This document shows, one piece after another, positions 1 to 10,035 of a stretch of DNA of 61,736 nucleotides (its first letter is position 1; each line of letters begins with the position of its first letter). Origin of the DNA: Synechococcales cyanobacterium VAR_4_metabat_354 (GTDB taxonomy: Bacteria > Cyanobacteriota > Cyanobacteriia > Cyanobacteriales > Chamaesiphonaceae); assembly GCA_031414775.1 (NCBI GenBank), contig JANOQI010000034.1:1-61736 (forward strand). Reading direction: 5' to 3'. The notes under the pieces were generated by a model. The model saw nothing but the letters and a program-made list of their open reading frames with translations. It was not told where the DNA came from and did not search any database. The translations under genes were made by a program, and so were the position numbers.

Positions 1-45
1 AAAGATTTGACAGAAATCATCGACGGAACAAAAGAGTTCTTCTAA
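1..45 (+). CDS. Possible 3' end of a gene entering the window (...KDLTEIIDGTKEFF*)
   Basis: Open frame from base 1 to TAA at 43-45; too short to identify. Confidence 0.3.
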   Translation, partial: KDLTEIIDGTKEFF

Positions 46-137
46 ACTAGGCATAAGGCAATCCAGATTTTTGGTTGATTGGTACCTCCAGACTATCTGT
101 TTTGCCCCTTTTTTTCTTTCCTTATCCCGAACTCACG

Positions 138-578
138 TTAACTAGTAGCAGAGCTAGACCGGCAATAGTTATTAATTCCATCTACTAGGTCTTTTTCAGG
201 ACTGGCAACTTGACTCAGTTTGGCTCTGCCCTTAGCAACTTCTGAATTCTTCTTTTTGCTTTGGTTATCTAAAATCTGTTTGGTCACCTGGCTAGAATTT
301 TGATACATTAGGGCGAATTGATCCTTAATTTCTTTCAGCTTGGGATCATTCGTACTTACTTCCTTCATCTCTTGAGCACCTTTAGCAAAGGCATCCGCAG
401 ACTTGCGTACCGCCCCCAAATCCCCTTTGGTAACACTCTTGCTGATTTCTTGGGTATCTAAAACAAGTTGATTATGAATTTTTTTAATTTTTTGACATTG
501 AGATACCTTACTTTCACAACCAGTGAGTAGTAGACCCATGATTAAAAGTAACAACCAGCGAGAATTAGACTGCAACAC
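138..578 (-). CDS. Hypothetical lipoprotein
   Basis: Hydrophobic N-terminus ending in lipobox LLTGC; helical mature part with two further Cys. Confidence 0.75.
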   Translation of the reverse strand: MLQSNSRWLLLLIMGLLLTGCESKVSQCQKIKKIHNQLVLDTQEISKSVTKGDLGAVRKSADAFAKGAQEMKEVSTNDPKLKEIKDQFALMYQNSSQVTKQILDNQSKKKNSEVAKGRAKLSQVASPEKDLVDGINNYCRSSSATS

Positions 579-737
579 AATATTTAATTTATTTTACATA
601 TTTGACTTAAGTTTCCATTGAAGCAGAGGCTGATACCGATTTCTACATATTTAGCAATGAAAACTAATCGCAGCCAATTCAAGCCTGCCACCAGAAACAG
701 ACCAAGCTTGATAATCGGGAAGTAATTCAACGAATAT

Positions 738-1274
738 CTAATAAGCCTCTTGCAACTCATAGAAATCTGGGGAAATATAATCTTTCCGTAGTGGCCAGCC
801 GACCCAGTCTTCGGGCATCAAGATCCGCTTGAGGTTGGGATGCCCAGAATAAACAATGCCATACATGTCATAGGTTTCACGCTCTTGCCAGTCCGCAGCT
901 TTCCAGATCCAGTATACCGAGGGCACCACCGGATTCTCTCTAGGCAAGAACACCTTGACTCGGATTTCGGAGGGCTGACTGGCTTCATCAGTCAGTTTAA
1001 TCAAATGATAAAAGCTCACTAAATCACCACCAGGACCGGCATCATAGCCGCCTTGACACTGCATATAGTTAAAACCATAGGCATACAGAGCAGTACAGAT
1101 GGGTAACAGGAACTGGGCTTCAACCTTGAGTACTTCTACGCCTAAATGGTCTAGTTCGATCGGTAGGTGATCGACAAAGCCATTAGCTGTTAGCCACTGG
1201 GAAGTTTCACCAGCAACCACCAGTGGTGCTGGTGGATTAGTAGTTTCAGTAGTTTCGGTGGTTTCTTCAGCCAC
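738..1274 (-). CDS. ndhJ: NDH-1 subunit J
   Basis: [35 protein letters not shown]uoC/NdhJ motif; probable GTG start at 1274 overlapping the ndhK stop. Confidence 0.97.
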   Translation of the reverse strand: MAEETTETTETTNPPAPLVVAGETSQWLTANGFVDHLPIELDHLGVEVLKVEAQFLLPICTALYAYGFNYMQCQGGYDAGPGGDLVSFYHLIKLTDEASQPSEIRVKVFLPRENPVVPSVYWIWKAADWQERETYDMYGIVYSGHPNLKRILMPEDWVGWPLRKDYISPDFYELQEAY

Positions 1275-1980
1275 GATCAACCTCTTGTTTTTGGGTAGTT
1301 AACAGAGCGGGAGGAATCGGCATTCCCATCGCCGCCGCTAATTCAGCGGGGGGATTATTATGGTTACCGGTTTGGAGATACTTACCAGTCAAGATTGGCT
1401 CTACTACGAGCATTTTGTGGGTGGTACTGTAGTAGCGATGCGTTTGCTGAAGCTGATCGCGTTCTTGAATAGATTCATTAGCAATCTTTTTGCGCAGCTT
1501 AATAATCGCATCCATTACCGCTTCTGGCCGAGGTGGACAACCAGGTAAGTAAATATCCACCGGAATAAGTTTATCCACACCGCGCACGGCAGTAGGAGAA
1601 TCGACGCTGAACATACCGCCAGTAATTGTACAAGCTCCCATCGCGATTACATACTTAGGTTCAGGCATTTGTTCATACAAACGTACCAAAGCCGGAGCCA
1701 TTTTCATGGTGATGGTACCAGCCGTAATCAATAGATCGGCTTGACGAGTACTAGCACGGGGTACCAGACCAAACCGATCAAAATCGAAGCGTGAGCCAAT
1801 CATGGCGGCCAACTCAATGAAGCAACAGGCTGTTCCAAAAAGTAATGGCCAGAGACTAGAAAGTCTTGCCCAATTATAAAGATCGTCTACCGAGGTCAAA
1901 ATTACATTTTCAGATAGATCATTAGTCACCTGCGGACGTTCCACTGGGTTTATCAAGCCAGGGTTGTTACTCAAGACCAT
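1267..1980 (-). CDS. ndhK: NDH-1 subunit K
   Basis: [16 protein letters not shown] and LPGCPPRPE Fe-S motifs; probable ATG at 1980. Confidence 0.98.
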   Translation of the reverse strand: MVLSNNPGLINPVERPQVTNDLSENVILTSVDDLYNWARLSSLWPLLFGTACCFIELAAMIGSRFDFDRFGLVPRASTRQADLLITAGTITMKMAPALVRLYEQMPEPKYVIAMGACTITGGMFSVDSPTAVRGVDKLIPVDIYLPGCPPRPEAVMDAIIKLRKKIANESIQERDQLQQTHRYYSTTHKMLVVEPILTGKYLQTGNHNNPPAELAAAMGMPIPPALLTTQKQEVDRG

Positions 1981-2333
1981 TCTAAGGCTCCTTTGCGCCA
2001 AGCATAAACCAAGGCAATGACAAGAATTGCGATAAAGACTAGGGCTTCGATAAATGCCAGCAAACCTAACTGATTAAAGGCCACTGCCCAGGGATATAGA
2101 AACACAGTTTCCACGTCAAAAACCACAAATACCAAAGCAAACATATAGTAGCGGATGTTGAACTGAATCCAAGCCCCGCCGATCGGTTCCATCCCAGACT
2201 CGTAGGTAGTACGGCGCTCAGGGCCACCACCAACAGGGCGAAGCAGTTTGGAGGCAGTTAGTGCTAGAAAGGGCACTAGACTGCACACCATGAAAAACCC
2301 CAATAAATACTCGTAGCCGTCTAGAACAAACAC
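1971..2333 (-). CDS. ndhC: NDH-1 subunit C (subunit 3)
   Basis: [33 protein letters not shown]-terminal WRKGALEWS. Confidence 0.98.
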   Translation of the reverse strand: MFVLDGYEYLLGFFMVCSLVPFLALTASKLLRPVGGGPERRTTYESGMEPIGGAWIQFNIRYYMFALVFVVFDVETVFLYPWAVAFNQLGLLAFIEALVFIAILVIALVYAWRKGALEWS

Positions 2334-2447
2334 AGGTCGCTCTCTTCGTTCAATATAGGGACTAAAACACCAGATAATATGTTATCACAGGCGATGAGGT
2401 TGGGTGGTAGCGAGACGGTTGAGACTAGGCATTTGAGAAATGAGCAT

Positions 2448-2476
2448 AAAAAAACACACTAAATATTTAGTGTGTT
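2448..2476 (-). terminator. Intrinsic terminator of psbO
   Basis: Perfect 24-bp palindrome AACACACTAAATATTTAGTGTGTT (2453-2476) followed by a T-run on the minus strand, downstream of the psbO stop. Confidence 0.75.
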
Positions 2477-2542
2477 AAAGCCAACATTTTTAAAATCAAT
2501 GTAAATTAATTCCGAGATAGCAACTAAAATTTGCTACGCGAT

Positions 2543-3373
2543 TTAAGCTTTAGTTTCTAGGCGGGTGTAGAAGATACCGCGAATTTTCACTTCTTCTGGC
2601 TCATCGGCACCTAAGTCAGTGTCAGAAGTTTGTTCACTCTCGAAAATACCAGCAACTTCACCAGTAGCACTGTTTACCTTAGCTAATTCAAAGCTAATGT
2701 GACCCTTATAGCTGTTGGTATTTTTGACGTTAGTCTTGGCAAATTTGGTACTGTCAGCTCCGCCTGGTAATGCCACAGCGTTGTCAAAACCACTGGCTAC
2801 TCCCCGACCCTTAGGATCGAGGAAAACAGATCCACGGTAGGAAGGTACTTTAAATTCACCACCAAAGTCGGTGGAAGTATTTAGAGCGGTGACAGTTGCA
2901 TCACTGGTGGCCACCAATTCTTTAATGGTGAAAAGGAAAGGAACTAGCTCACCACCTGGCATTTTAACGGTGATGGCTTGGAAATCAATACCATCTTCTT
3001 CGGTAAAGACAAGCTTGCCTTCAGCATTGATTTTGACAGTTCCTTCAATTTGATCAAGGCTAGAAGTGGCTCTTGTTACCACTTTACCCGGAACAAACTC
3101 CGCTGCTTGCCGTTTGTTGAGAGGTTCAGCTTTCACAAAATAGTCAGTGGGTTGTAGACACATATCTACAAACCGATAAGTCTTATTGCTATCGAGATCG
3201 ATCGAACCCCGGCTAATATCGGAAATAGTAGGGCAATTATTTGCTAAGCCAGTGTTACGAATCTGCTCGTAAGTTAGGGGGACACTACTGGCATTCGCGG
3301 GGGCTTCGCTACAAGCGGTTAAAAAACCGATGCAGACAGCCATCAGCGCCGCGATTAATCCACGAAAGTTCAT
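2543..3373 (-). CDS. psbO: Photosystem II manganese-stabilising protein
   Basis: LTYEQIRNTGLANNCP, EEDGIDFQ, FLDPKGRG motifs; probable start MNFRGLIAAL at 3373 with signal peptide. Confidence 0.98.
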   Translation of the reverse strand: MNFRGLIAALMAVCIGFLTACSEAPANASSVPLTYEQIRNTGLANNCPTISDISRGSIDLDSNKTYRFVDMCLQPTDYFVKAEPLNKRQAAEFVPGKVVTRATSSLDQIEGTVKINAEGKLVFTEEDGIDFQAITVKMPGGELVPFLFTIKELVATSDATVTALNTSTDFGGEFKVPSYRGSVFLDPKGRGVASGFDNAVALPGGADSTKFAKTNVKNTNSYKGHISFELAKVNSATGEVAGIFESEQTSDTDLGADEPEEVKIRGIFYTRLETKA

Positions 3374-3667
3374 GTTTAACCTCAAATTTGGGAAATTTAA
3401 TATTATATTTCTGGACAGATATGTAAGCAGTAGCACAGCACTACCTGCCAACGAGAGCAAATAAATAACAATCATATATCAGGCAATCGCCAGTAGCGAT
3501 CCGACTTATTACAGATTTTTCTTGCCCGTTACCATTAATGTATTTACCATGAATTAGCTCATACTGTCATGCTGGACAGTTGCCGCCTATAATTGAATGC
3601 CAACTGCGCGTACTTCTTGAGAACGTAAACTTTAGTAACATTTTTTGACAATTTGCCTGGAATTAAA

Positions 3668-3982
3668 ATGAGTGAAAATGCCAATTTAACTAGTCTGATC
3701 GCGCAAGTACGTGAAGTAAGTCGCCATTTAGCCACTGTTCACCAGCATGATGTGGTAGAACTGCTAGCAATTTTAAGGCTACTGGAAAGTCTGCACCGCG
3801 AGATTCGGGAAGACTATTTTCAGGAGGCCTTGCCCAATAACCGGCACGGGCTATACGGTTTGTTAATCGAAATCGAAGAAAAAGGTGGCTGGCCATACAT
3901 CGATCGATTAAAAATTCAGTCTTTGCTGACCAACCTGCCGGAGGAAGACGACCAAACCGCTAAAAATCACCCTAGCGTTTGA
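3668..3982 (+). CDS. Conserved cyanobacterial hypothetical protein
   Basis: LLAILRLLESLHREIRE..FQEALP..GGWPYI pattern; ATG at 3668; divergent from psbO. Confidence 0.75.
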   Translation: MSENANLTSLIAQVREVSRHLATVHQHDVVELLAILRLLESLHREIREDYFQEALPNNRHGLYGLLIEIEEKGGWPYIDRLKIQSLLTNLPEEDDQTAKNHPSV

Positions 3983-5204
3983 CACCCAAAAGAGGGAGCC
4001 GACCAGCCAATCCGGTCATCAAGCGGAGGGAAAAATGCTTGAGCAGTGGCACCTGCTGTAATACTTGGAGTCCAAGCCGTCGCAGGACAATTATTGGCCA
4101 CCAGCGATTGGAAAATAATCGATCAAGAAAGTCTGTAAAGGCTAAAATTGTCCAGTTTTCCAATTTGCGCCAGCGTTGATAGCGATTTAATACTTGCAGG
4201 GAGCCAATGTCTTCGCCTTGAGCGTGGGCGGCAATAATTACTTCGGCGAGGGCAGCCGCATCGCGAATGCCAAGGTTCATGCCCTGACCAGCGACCGGAT
4301 GACAGCAATGTGCCGCATCACCAACCAGAGCTAATCGATCTTGAACGTATCGATCGCTCTGCATTAGTTTGACCGGGAATAGAGCGCGGGGACTATCTAG
4401 AGTAAGTTTTCCTAATAAGTTGCCAGTGGCTGTTTCCAAGCAAGAAATGAAGGCGCTAGCAGACATCTCGACTAGTTCTTGAGCGCGATTATGGGGAGCA
4501 GTCCAAACAATCTGCATTCGACCATCGGCCAGCGGCAGCACACCCATGGGACCGTCGTACCAGAAGCGCTCGTAGGCAATATTATGGTGGGGATATTCAG
4601 TTTGGATGATGGCGGTGACACAAGATTGCCAATAAGCCCAGCCTTTAGTTTGGATACCGGCCTGCTGGCGGAGAGGAGATTTGCTACCGTCAGCACCAAT
4701 GACAAGCTTGGCTTGGAGACACAGGGCTTGGGTGGAGGTTTGAATTAGTAGCTCTGTTTGACCAGTAGCTGGCTCTAGTCGCTCGACGGTAGCTGGGCAA
4801 AGATAGGTAAAGTTGGAGTTTGGTGCTGCGGCTAGCTTTTTTTGCAGCGCAGTCAGCATGGTTTGGTGGCCAGCAGAGTAGCCTAGAACTGAGGTGCCCA
4901 GATCTTGGGGGAGTAGCTGCACGACGGTGGGGTGGTCGGCATCAGAGATTTGGATTTGGCTGAACTGACTAAAGTGGGGCAGGACTTGCTCCCAAATGCC
5001 CAGGTTGGTAAAAATTTGACCAGAGAGAATTGATAATACGTAGGAGCGATCTTTGGCCAGTGACTCGGCTTGGGCTTCGATGAGGATGACTTTTAGATCG
5101 GACTGCTGAAGGGCGAGAGCTAAAGTGTGACCGACAATGCCACCACCAACGATCGCGACATCATAAACGGCTGTAGCTAGGGAGAGAGGGGTGGCAGCGA
5201 TCAT
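3972..5204 (-). CDS. FAD-dependent hydroxylase, UbiH/UbiF/COQ6 family
   Basis: GGGIVG, IGADG and LVGDAAHCCHPVAGQGMNLGIRD motifs. Confidence 0.92.
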   Translation of the reverse strand: MIAATPLSLATAVYDVAIVGGGIVGHTLALALQQSDLKVILIEAQAESLAKDRSYVLSILSGQIFTNLGIWEQVLPHFSQFSQIQISDADHPTVVQLLPQDLGTSVLGYSAGHQTMLTALQKKLAAAPNSNFTYLCPATVERLEPATGQTELLIQTSTQALCLQAKLVIGADGSKSPLRQQAGIQTKGWAYWQSCVTAIIQTEYPHHNIAYERFWYDGPMGVLPLADGRMQIVWTAPHNRAQELVEMSASAFISCLETATGNLLGKLTLDSPRALFPVKLMQSDRYVQDRLALVGDAAHCCHPVAGQGMNLGIRDAAALAEVIIAAHAQGEDIGSLQVLNRYQRWRKLENWTILAFTDFLDRLFSNRWWPIIVLRRLGLQVLQQVPLLKHFSLRLMTGLAGRLPLLGVKR

Positions 5205-5433
5205 GGAATACTCTGTTGCTTATTAAATCTTCATATCTAATATTCTGACAGATTTTCTTATAGATAGAATGTCTCTACAAATTTTCCATCGACTCGATCG
5301 AACCTTTGTTTAGGATAAATGTCGATCGGCAGCTTTTGGCATTGCAGAGCGCGTTGTCAAAATTTTGTGGTTAAAAAGGTCTGCAGAACAAGTAATTACT
5401 GTTACTTCACCTGCTTCGTTGCGATTCACTTGA

Positions 5434-5525
5434 TACAGCGGTTTAATAGTAAACAAGGTACAGTATGAGGTAGAAAAATGAGGTCAAATAATGAAGCCAT
5501 ACTCGATGGATTTAAGAGAAAGAAC
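5434..5525 (+). mobile_element. Left-end remnant of an IS630-family element
   Basis: TA-CAGCGGTT... terminus followed by ATG 5491 MKPYSMDLRER, typical of IS630 transposase N-termini; similarity ends after about 11 codons. Confidence 0.6.
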
Positions 5526-5617
5526 TTTGTCCAAAAATAGCTATGCAGATGCGAACAAAGGGGCAGGTACTGCCCGGAAAACAGGGTGGCTCAGCTGTCA
5601 GTCCAATGTTACCCACT

Positions 5618-6142
5618 CTATCCCAAAGACTGTTTGTGCTGAATTACTTTTAACATCCGCAGCGTTTCATCGACACTACGGGCAAAATCAAAATTATTCA
5701 CAGTCATATGTTGAATAATTCCCACTTTGTCGATAATAAATAGCCCACGTAAAGCCACTCCAGCTGATGGCTCTAGCACATTATAAGCAGCACTAATTTC
5801 CTTGGTAATATCCGACACCAACGGATAACTCAAATCGCCTACCCCACCCGCCTGTCGATCGGTCTGAATCCAAGCTAAATGACTGTATTGACTATCCACC
5901 GATACCCCTAAGACCACTGTATTCAATTCTTGGAAAGCCGGATGCTGATCGTGAAAAGCCATTACTTCACCCGGACAAATGAAGGTGAAATCCAAAGGAT
6001 AAAAAAACAGAACAACATATTGCCCTAAATACCGTGAGAGTTGCACTTCGCCAAATTCTTGATTAATCACCACCGCTGCTGTGAAATCTGGAGCCGGTTG
6101 ACCAACCCGCAAACAATTAGCCTGGGGATAAACAATCATCAC
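5618..6142 (-). CDS. Peroxiredoxin, AhpC/Prx1 family, C-terminally truncated
   Basis: [12 protein letters not shown] peroxidatic motif, [21 protein letters not shown]; stops before the EVCP resolving-Cys segment. Confidence 0.88.
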   Translation of the reverse strand: MMIVYPQANCLRVGQPAPDFTAAVVINQEFGEVQLSRYLGQYVVLFFYPLDFTFICPGEVMAFHDQHPAFQELNTVVLGVSVDSQYSHLAWIQTDRQAGGVGDLSYPLVSDITKEISAAYNVLEPSAGVALRGLFIIDKVGIIQHMTVNNFDFARSVDETLRMLKVIQHKQSLG

Positions 6143-6249
6143 ATCGCACTTAGGAATCGGACATCTTCACGATAACGATCGGTAGAACTTCAGTCAACCA
6201 AGCAGTAGATGCGTTAATCTATAGGCGTGCATTTTCATTTACTGCCCAC

Positions 6250-7020
6250 ATGAGTGACCAGCCAATCTTTGCTATTCAGCCGTTAGCCTTATTCGTGACC
6301 GATCTTGACCACACTCTGGTTGGCGATCCAGTTGCTCTCAAAACGCTCAACACACTGCTTACCAAATTGCGCCAGGAGCAAGGACTAAAGATTGCCTATG
6401 CCACCGGTCGATCGATCACTTCCTATCAAGAATTGGCTGCTGCCGAACAATTACTGATCCCTGATGCCTTGGTCACGTCAGTAGGTACCGAAATTTATCT
6501 AGATGGTGAAAAGACTTGCACCGAATGGGATGAAAAGTTGGCAGTGGGCTGGCAAAGATCAGAGATTGTCCAAATTGCCAAACGTTTTGCGGACTTAGGT
6601 TCCCAACCCCAATCTGAGCAACGTCCCTACAAAATCAGTTACTATCTCAGCGAAGAAGCGGCGATCGAAGTCATTCCCCGCCTCCGTCAAGAACTGAAAA
6701 AGCATGGCATCATTGCTGAAATTATTTATAGTGGTCACAAAGATCTCGATATTATTCCCAAAGCAAGTAATAAAGGGGCTGCTGTTCAATTTTTGCGCCA
6801 ATTTTGGTCAATTTCGGCTCAACAAACGGTAGTCTGTGGGGACTCCGGTAACGATATTTCACTATTTAGTTACGATGCTGAATACGGAATTTTAGTGGGG
6901 AATTCCCACACCGAGCTGAAGCTTTGGTACGAAATCAATGCCACGGAGCGCCACTACCTAGCTCATGGTAACTGTTCTCAAGGTATTGCGGAGGGTCTGG
7001 GTTATTTCGGTTTTATTTAA
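6250..7020 (+). CDS. spp: Sucrose-phosphate phosphatase (HAD IIB)
   Basis: VTDLDHTLVGD, YATGRS, EQRPYKISY, DLDIIP..SNKG, CGDSGND. Confidence 0.9.
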   Translation: MSDQPIFAIQPLALFVTDLDHTLVGDPVALKTLNTLLTKLRQEQGLKIAYATGRSITSYQELAAAEQLLIPDALVTSVGTEIYLDGEKTCTEWDEKLAVGWQRSEIVQIAKRFADLGSQPQSEQRPYKISYYLSEEAAIEVIPRLRQELKKHGIIAEIIYSGHKDLDIIPKASNKGAAVQFLRQFWSISAQQTVVCGDSGNDISLFSYDAEYGILVGNSHTELKLWYEINATERHYLAHGNCSQGIAEGLGYFGFI

Positions 7021-7027
7021 ATTGGTT

Positions 7028-7321
7028 TTAACTAAGTTGACTTGGCTTTCGCCCTCTAAATAGGCTGCTCATCGTCATGCCAGTCACCAATAATCCAACA
7101 AACCCCAATCCATTCAAGACAGGATAGATCGCTTTAAGATGAAATATCTCACCAGTATGCAAGTGCAGTAAGAGACCTTGGGATAAGCCCAAGTTCCAGT
7201 GCCAATCTTCGGTGATGGTAATAGCCATGCCGGTCAGGGCAGTCAATGCCATCGGTAGACACAAGATGGGGGCTAGAAATCGGTGATATCTACGGAATAA
7301 ATGTTTTATGGAATGTTTCAT
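7028..7321 (-). CDS. PepSY-associated TM helix protein
   Basis: RRYHR..APILCLP..LTG and LHTGE motifs; two TM segments. Confidence 0.8.
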   Translation of the reverse strand: MKHSIKHLFRRYHRFLAPILCLPMALTALTGMAITITEDWHWNLGLSQGLLLHLHTGEIFHLKAIYPVLNGLGFVGLLVTGMTMSSLFRGRKPSQLS

Positions 7322-7375
7322 GGCGGCGGATAATCTTCAAGTAGGATAATGCCAACAACCTCACTATCATAGATT

Positions 7376-8293
7376 ATGACCGACAATTCTATCAGCTCCG
7401 GCAAATCGGCACGGTCTTATGCTGTGCTATCGATCGGAGCAGCGGTAGCGACGATTGCGCTGAAGTTTACGGCCTATCATCTCACTGGCTCTGTTGGCTT
7501 GCTCTCCGATGCTTTAGAGTCGATCGTCAATTTGGTAGCGGCGGTGGCGGCGCTGGCGGCGCTCACGTTGGCAGCAAAACCACCAGATCCGGGTCATTCG
7601 TTTGGTTACTCTAAGGCGGAATATTTTTCCAGCGCTCTAGAAGGGCTACTGATTTTGCTAGCAGCTGTCAGCATCATCATCGCCGCTATTCCCCGGTTAC
7701 TGCATCCCCAAGCAATCGAACAAGTCGGCTGGGGGCTATTGATATCTTTGGTTGCTGCTGCGATTAATGGCGGCACTGCTTGGCTCCTGTTGCGTGCCGG
7801 ACGCAGACTCCGATCGATTACGCTCAAAGCCGATGCACACCATCTGCTGACGGATGTCTGGACTTCAGCTGGTGTGCTGGTTGGTTTAGTAGCAGTCCAG
7901 CTGACTGGTTGGTTGATTTTAGATCCGCTGATTGCGATCGCGGTGGCGGTTAATATTATTTGGGCAGGTTTTCGGCTGTTGCAAGAAACTGGCGCGGGTC
8001 TGTTGGACGCAGCCTTACCCACCGCTGACCTGGAGGCGATCGACCAAGTTTTGCAAAAATATCAAACTGACGGTATTCAGTTTCATGCCTTACGCACCAG
8101 GATGGCCGGGGCACGGCATTTTGTCTCTTTCCATGTTTTGGTGCCGGGGAAGTGGACCGTGCAACGGGGACATGATCTCTGTGAACAAATTGAGTTGGAG
8201 ATCGGGCAAGTGCTGCCGGGCACACATACCATCACTCATTTAGAACCAGCCGAAGATCCGACTTCCTGGGACGATCAAGGACTCGATCGATAG
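7376..8293 (+). CDS. Cation diffusion facilitator transporter (FieF-like)
   Basis: [33 protein letters not shown]-terminal THLEP. Confidence 0.93.
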   Translation: MTDNSISSGKSARSYAVLSIGAAVATIALKFTAYHLTGSVGLLSDALESIVNLVAAVAALAALTLAAKPPDPGHSFGYSKAEYFSSALEGLLILLAAVSIIIAAIPRLLHPQAIEQVGWGLLISLVAAAINGGTAWLLLRAGRRLRSITLKADAHHLLTDVWTSAGVLVGLVAVQLTGWLILDPLIAIAVAVNIIWAGFRLLQETGAGLLDAALPTADLEAIDQVLQKYQTDGIQFHALRTRMAGARHFVSFHVLVPGKWTVQRGHDLCEQIELEIGQVLPGTHTITHLEPAEDPTSWDDQGLDR

Positions 8294-8294
8294 A

Positions 8295-8951
8295 TTATAA
8301 AAATAGTGCGAGCAAGTCTTTAATTACGAACGTTTGATCGACGTTCTCTTGACCGAGATAAATCTGGAGCAGATTATTTAACATCCGCTGCAAAAACTGT
8401 CGCTTGGTCACCGGCTGCAATATTGATGGGGACAGATTAGGGATTTCTTGCTGATAAATCTGGACTAATTTTTGGCGACAATCTTCCGTAAATAGAATTT
8501 CTCCTTGATTAAAAGCATCGATAAAAATCTCGGAGTCTTCAAAGTCTGGACGGATGATAAAGTGACCGGGCATCCCAATCCCCACCATGGGTAGATCAAC
8601 TCGCTTGGCCATTTCTAGGTATACCAAAGCTAAAGTTAAAGGAATACCTGTCCGCCGGGCTAAGACATCATTCAAAAAACTATTGCGAGGATCATAATAG
8701 TTAGAAGTATTGCCACTAAAGCCTAACTCAGCATACAAATAATCATTGATAGTCTGGATGACCCGCAGAGGATAGCGAGATTGGGGCAACCGGGTGGCAA
8801 TTTCTGTAGCCATTTCATCTAAAATCTGAAGCTGTGCATCAATATCCAAATCCGGGTACTCGGTTTGGGCAATGTATAAAGCGGCTCGCGCTAAATTCAA
8901 CTCCTGCTCGGGCTTATTTATTTCGGCTAACAAACAACTACAGACAGACAT
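8295..8951 (-). CDS. SirB1-family (transglutaminase-like core) protein, short form
   Basis: GFSGNTSNYYDPRNSFLNDVL.RRTGIP and GMPGHF motifs; ends soon after RMLNNL with little C-terminal TPR region. Confidence 0.88.
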   Translation of the reverse strand: MSVCSCLLAEINKPEQELNLARAALYIAQTEYPDLDIDAQLQILDEMATEIATRLPQSRYPLRVIQTINDYLYAELGFSGNTSNYYDPRNSFLNDVLARRTGIPLTLALVYLEMAKRVDLPMVGIGMPGHFIIRPDFEDSEIFIDAFNQGEILFTEDCRQKLVQIYQQEIPNLSPSILQPVTKRQFLQRMLNNLLQIYLGQENVDQTFVIKDLLALFL

Positions 8952-8958
8952 GGTGATT

Positions 8959-10035
8959 TTAAGTCAGGAGGAAATCAGGCAGGGCAAGCATACTAGACAA
9001 AATGGTGTCACAGCCCATTTCGGCTAACAATTGCTTTTTGTAGGCTGAATCTTGGCCAAAGCCCGTCAAAACTCCGATCGATCGACAGCCAGCTCCCTGT
9101 GCCGCTACTACATCACTAGCCGCATCGCCAATGTAAGCAACCTGGGGATGTTGCTCACCAATTTTCGCCAAAATTTCGCGGGGATTGCTATGCGGATAAA
9201 TAGCCTGTAACACAATAAAGGGATGCGGTTTACCGAGCTTCAGTGGCTGGCTCAAACTAGCTTCTGCTTCCAAAACATCATCATAAGTCACCACTCGATC
9301 GGCAGCAAAATATTGCAGTAGCGCTAGATTCTTTAAAGGTTCGAGGGTTTCGGTACGAGGTCTACCGGTAGCGATACCTAGAGTGTAGTGATTTGCTAAT
9401 AATTTCAACGTTTGACGAATCTGCTCAACATCTAACACTGTTTCGTCATCAGGTAATTGGTAGCCTTTTTTAGCTTCATACCAAGCTTGAAAATTGTAGT
9501 AACACAAAGACCAGAGATTACTATTAAAAATATCTAGGGGTTGACCCAGTATTTGGGTAGCAAAAGTCGCTACATATTCCTGGACTGCGGTGCCCCGCAA
9601 TTCTGTCGTTGCTGCCCAAAACTGCTGAATCAGCTGCTGACTGTGAGTATGATTAATCACGCGACTGGTCGCGGCCTGACCAATCGCTGCCAACTGCTCG
9701 GCGATTGGTAACTCGTTAGCAGGAGAAACAGAGATCTGTTGCAAGATGCCAATCAAATGCAAAGAGAACACAAAAAAAGTCAAATCCCAATTGGAATTCA
9801 CCGCCCGGTTTTTTAGTTCAGTAATAAATTCGGTATCGATAAAGCGATCGGCAGCGGCCATCACCTGGGCTGGAGTTGCTAAATCGCTACCAAAATAGTC
9901 CGCCAAACCCAAATAAGATGACTGGGAAATCAGTTCCCACACCGTCAACCGAGCTGTATTCCAATACTTTTGCTCACTGGTAACTACACCATCTAAATCG
10001 AATATTAATAGCTGTAAGTCGGTGGTTTTCATCAC
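8959..10035 (-). CDS. HAD-superfamily hydrolase/phosphatase with large cap domain
   Basis: Motif I DLDGVV, II ATGR, III KPHP, IV GDAASD. Confidence 0.88.
   Translation of the reverse strand: MMKTTDLQLLIFDLDGVVTSEQKYWNTARLTVWELISQSSYLGLADYFGSDLATPAQVMAAADRFIDTEFITELKNRAVNSNWDLTFFVFSLHLIGILQQISVSPANELPIAEQLAAIGQAATSRVINHTHSQQLIQQFWAATTELRGTAVQEYVATFATQILGQPLDIFNSNLWSLCYYNFQAWYEAKKGYQLPDDETVLDVEQIRQTLKLLANHYTLGIATGRPRTETLEPLKNLALLQYFAADRVVTYDDVLEAEASLSQPLKLGKPHPFIVLQAIYPHSNPREILAKIGEQHPQVAYIGDAASDVVAAQGAGCRSIGVLTGFGQDSAYKKQLLAEMGCDTILSSMLALPDFLLT

Noticed and set aside
5491..5718. 75-aa ORF as a real gene
   Set aside because: Only the first 11 or so codons look like transposase; the rest is read-through antisense to the peroxiredoxin.
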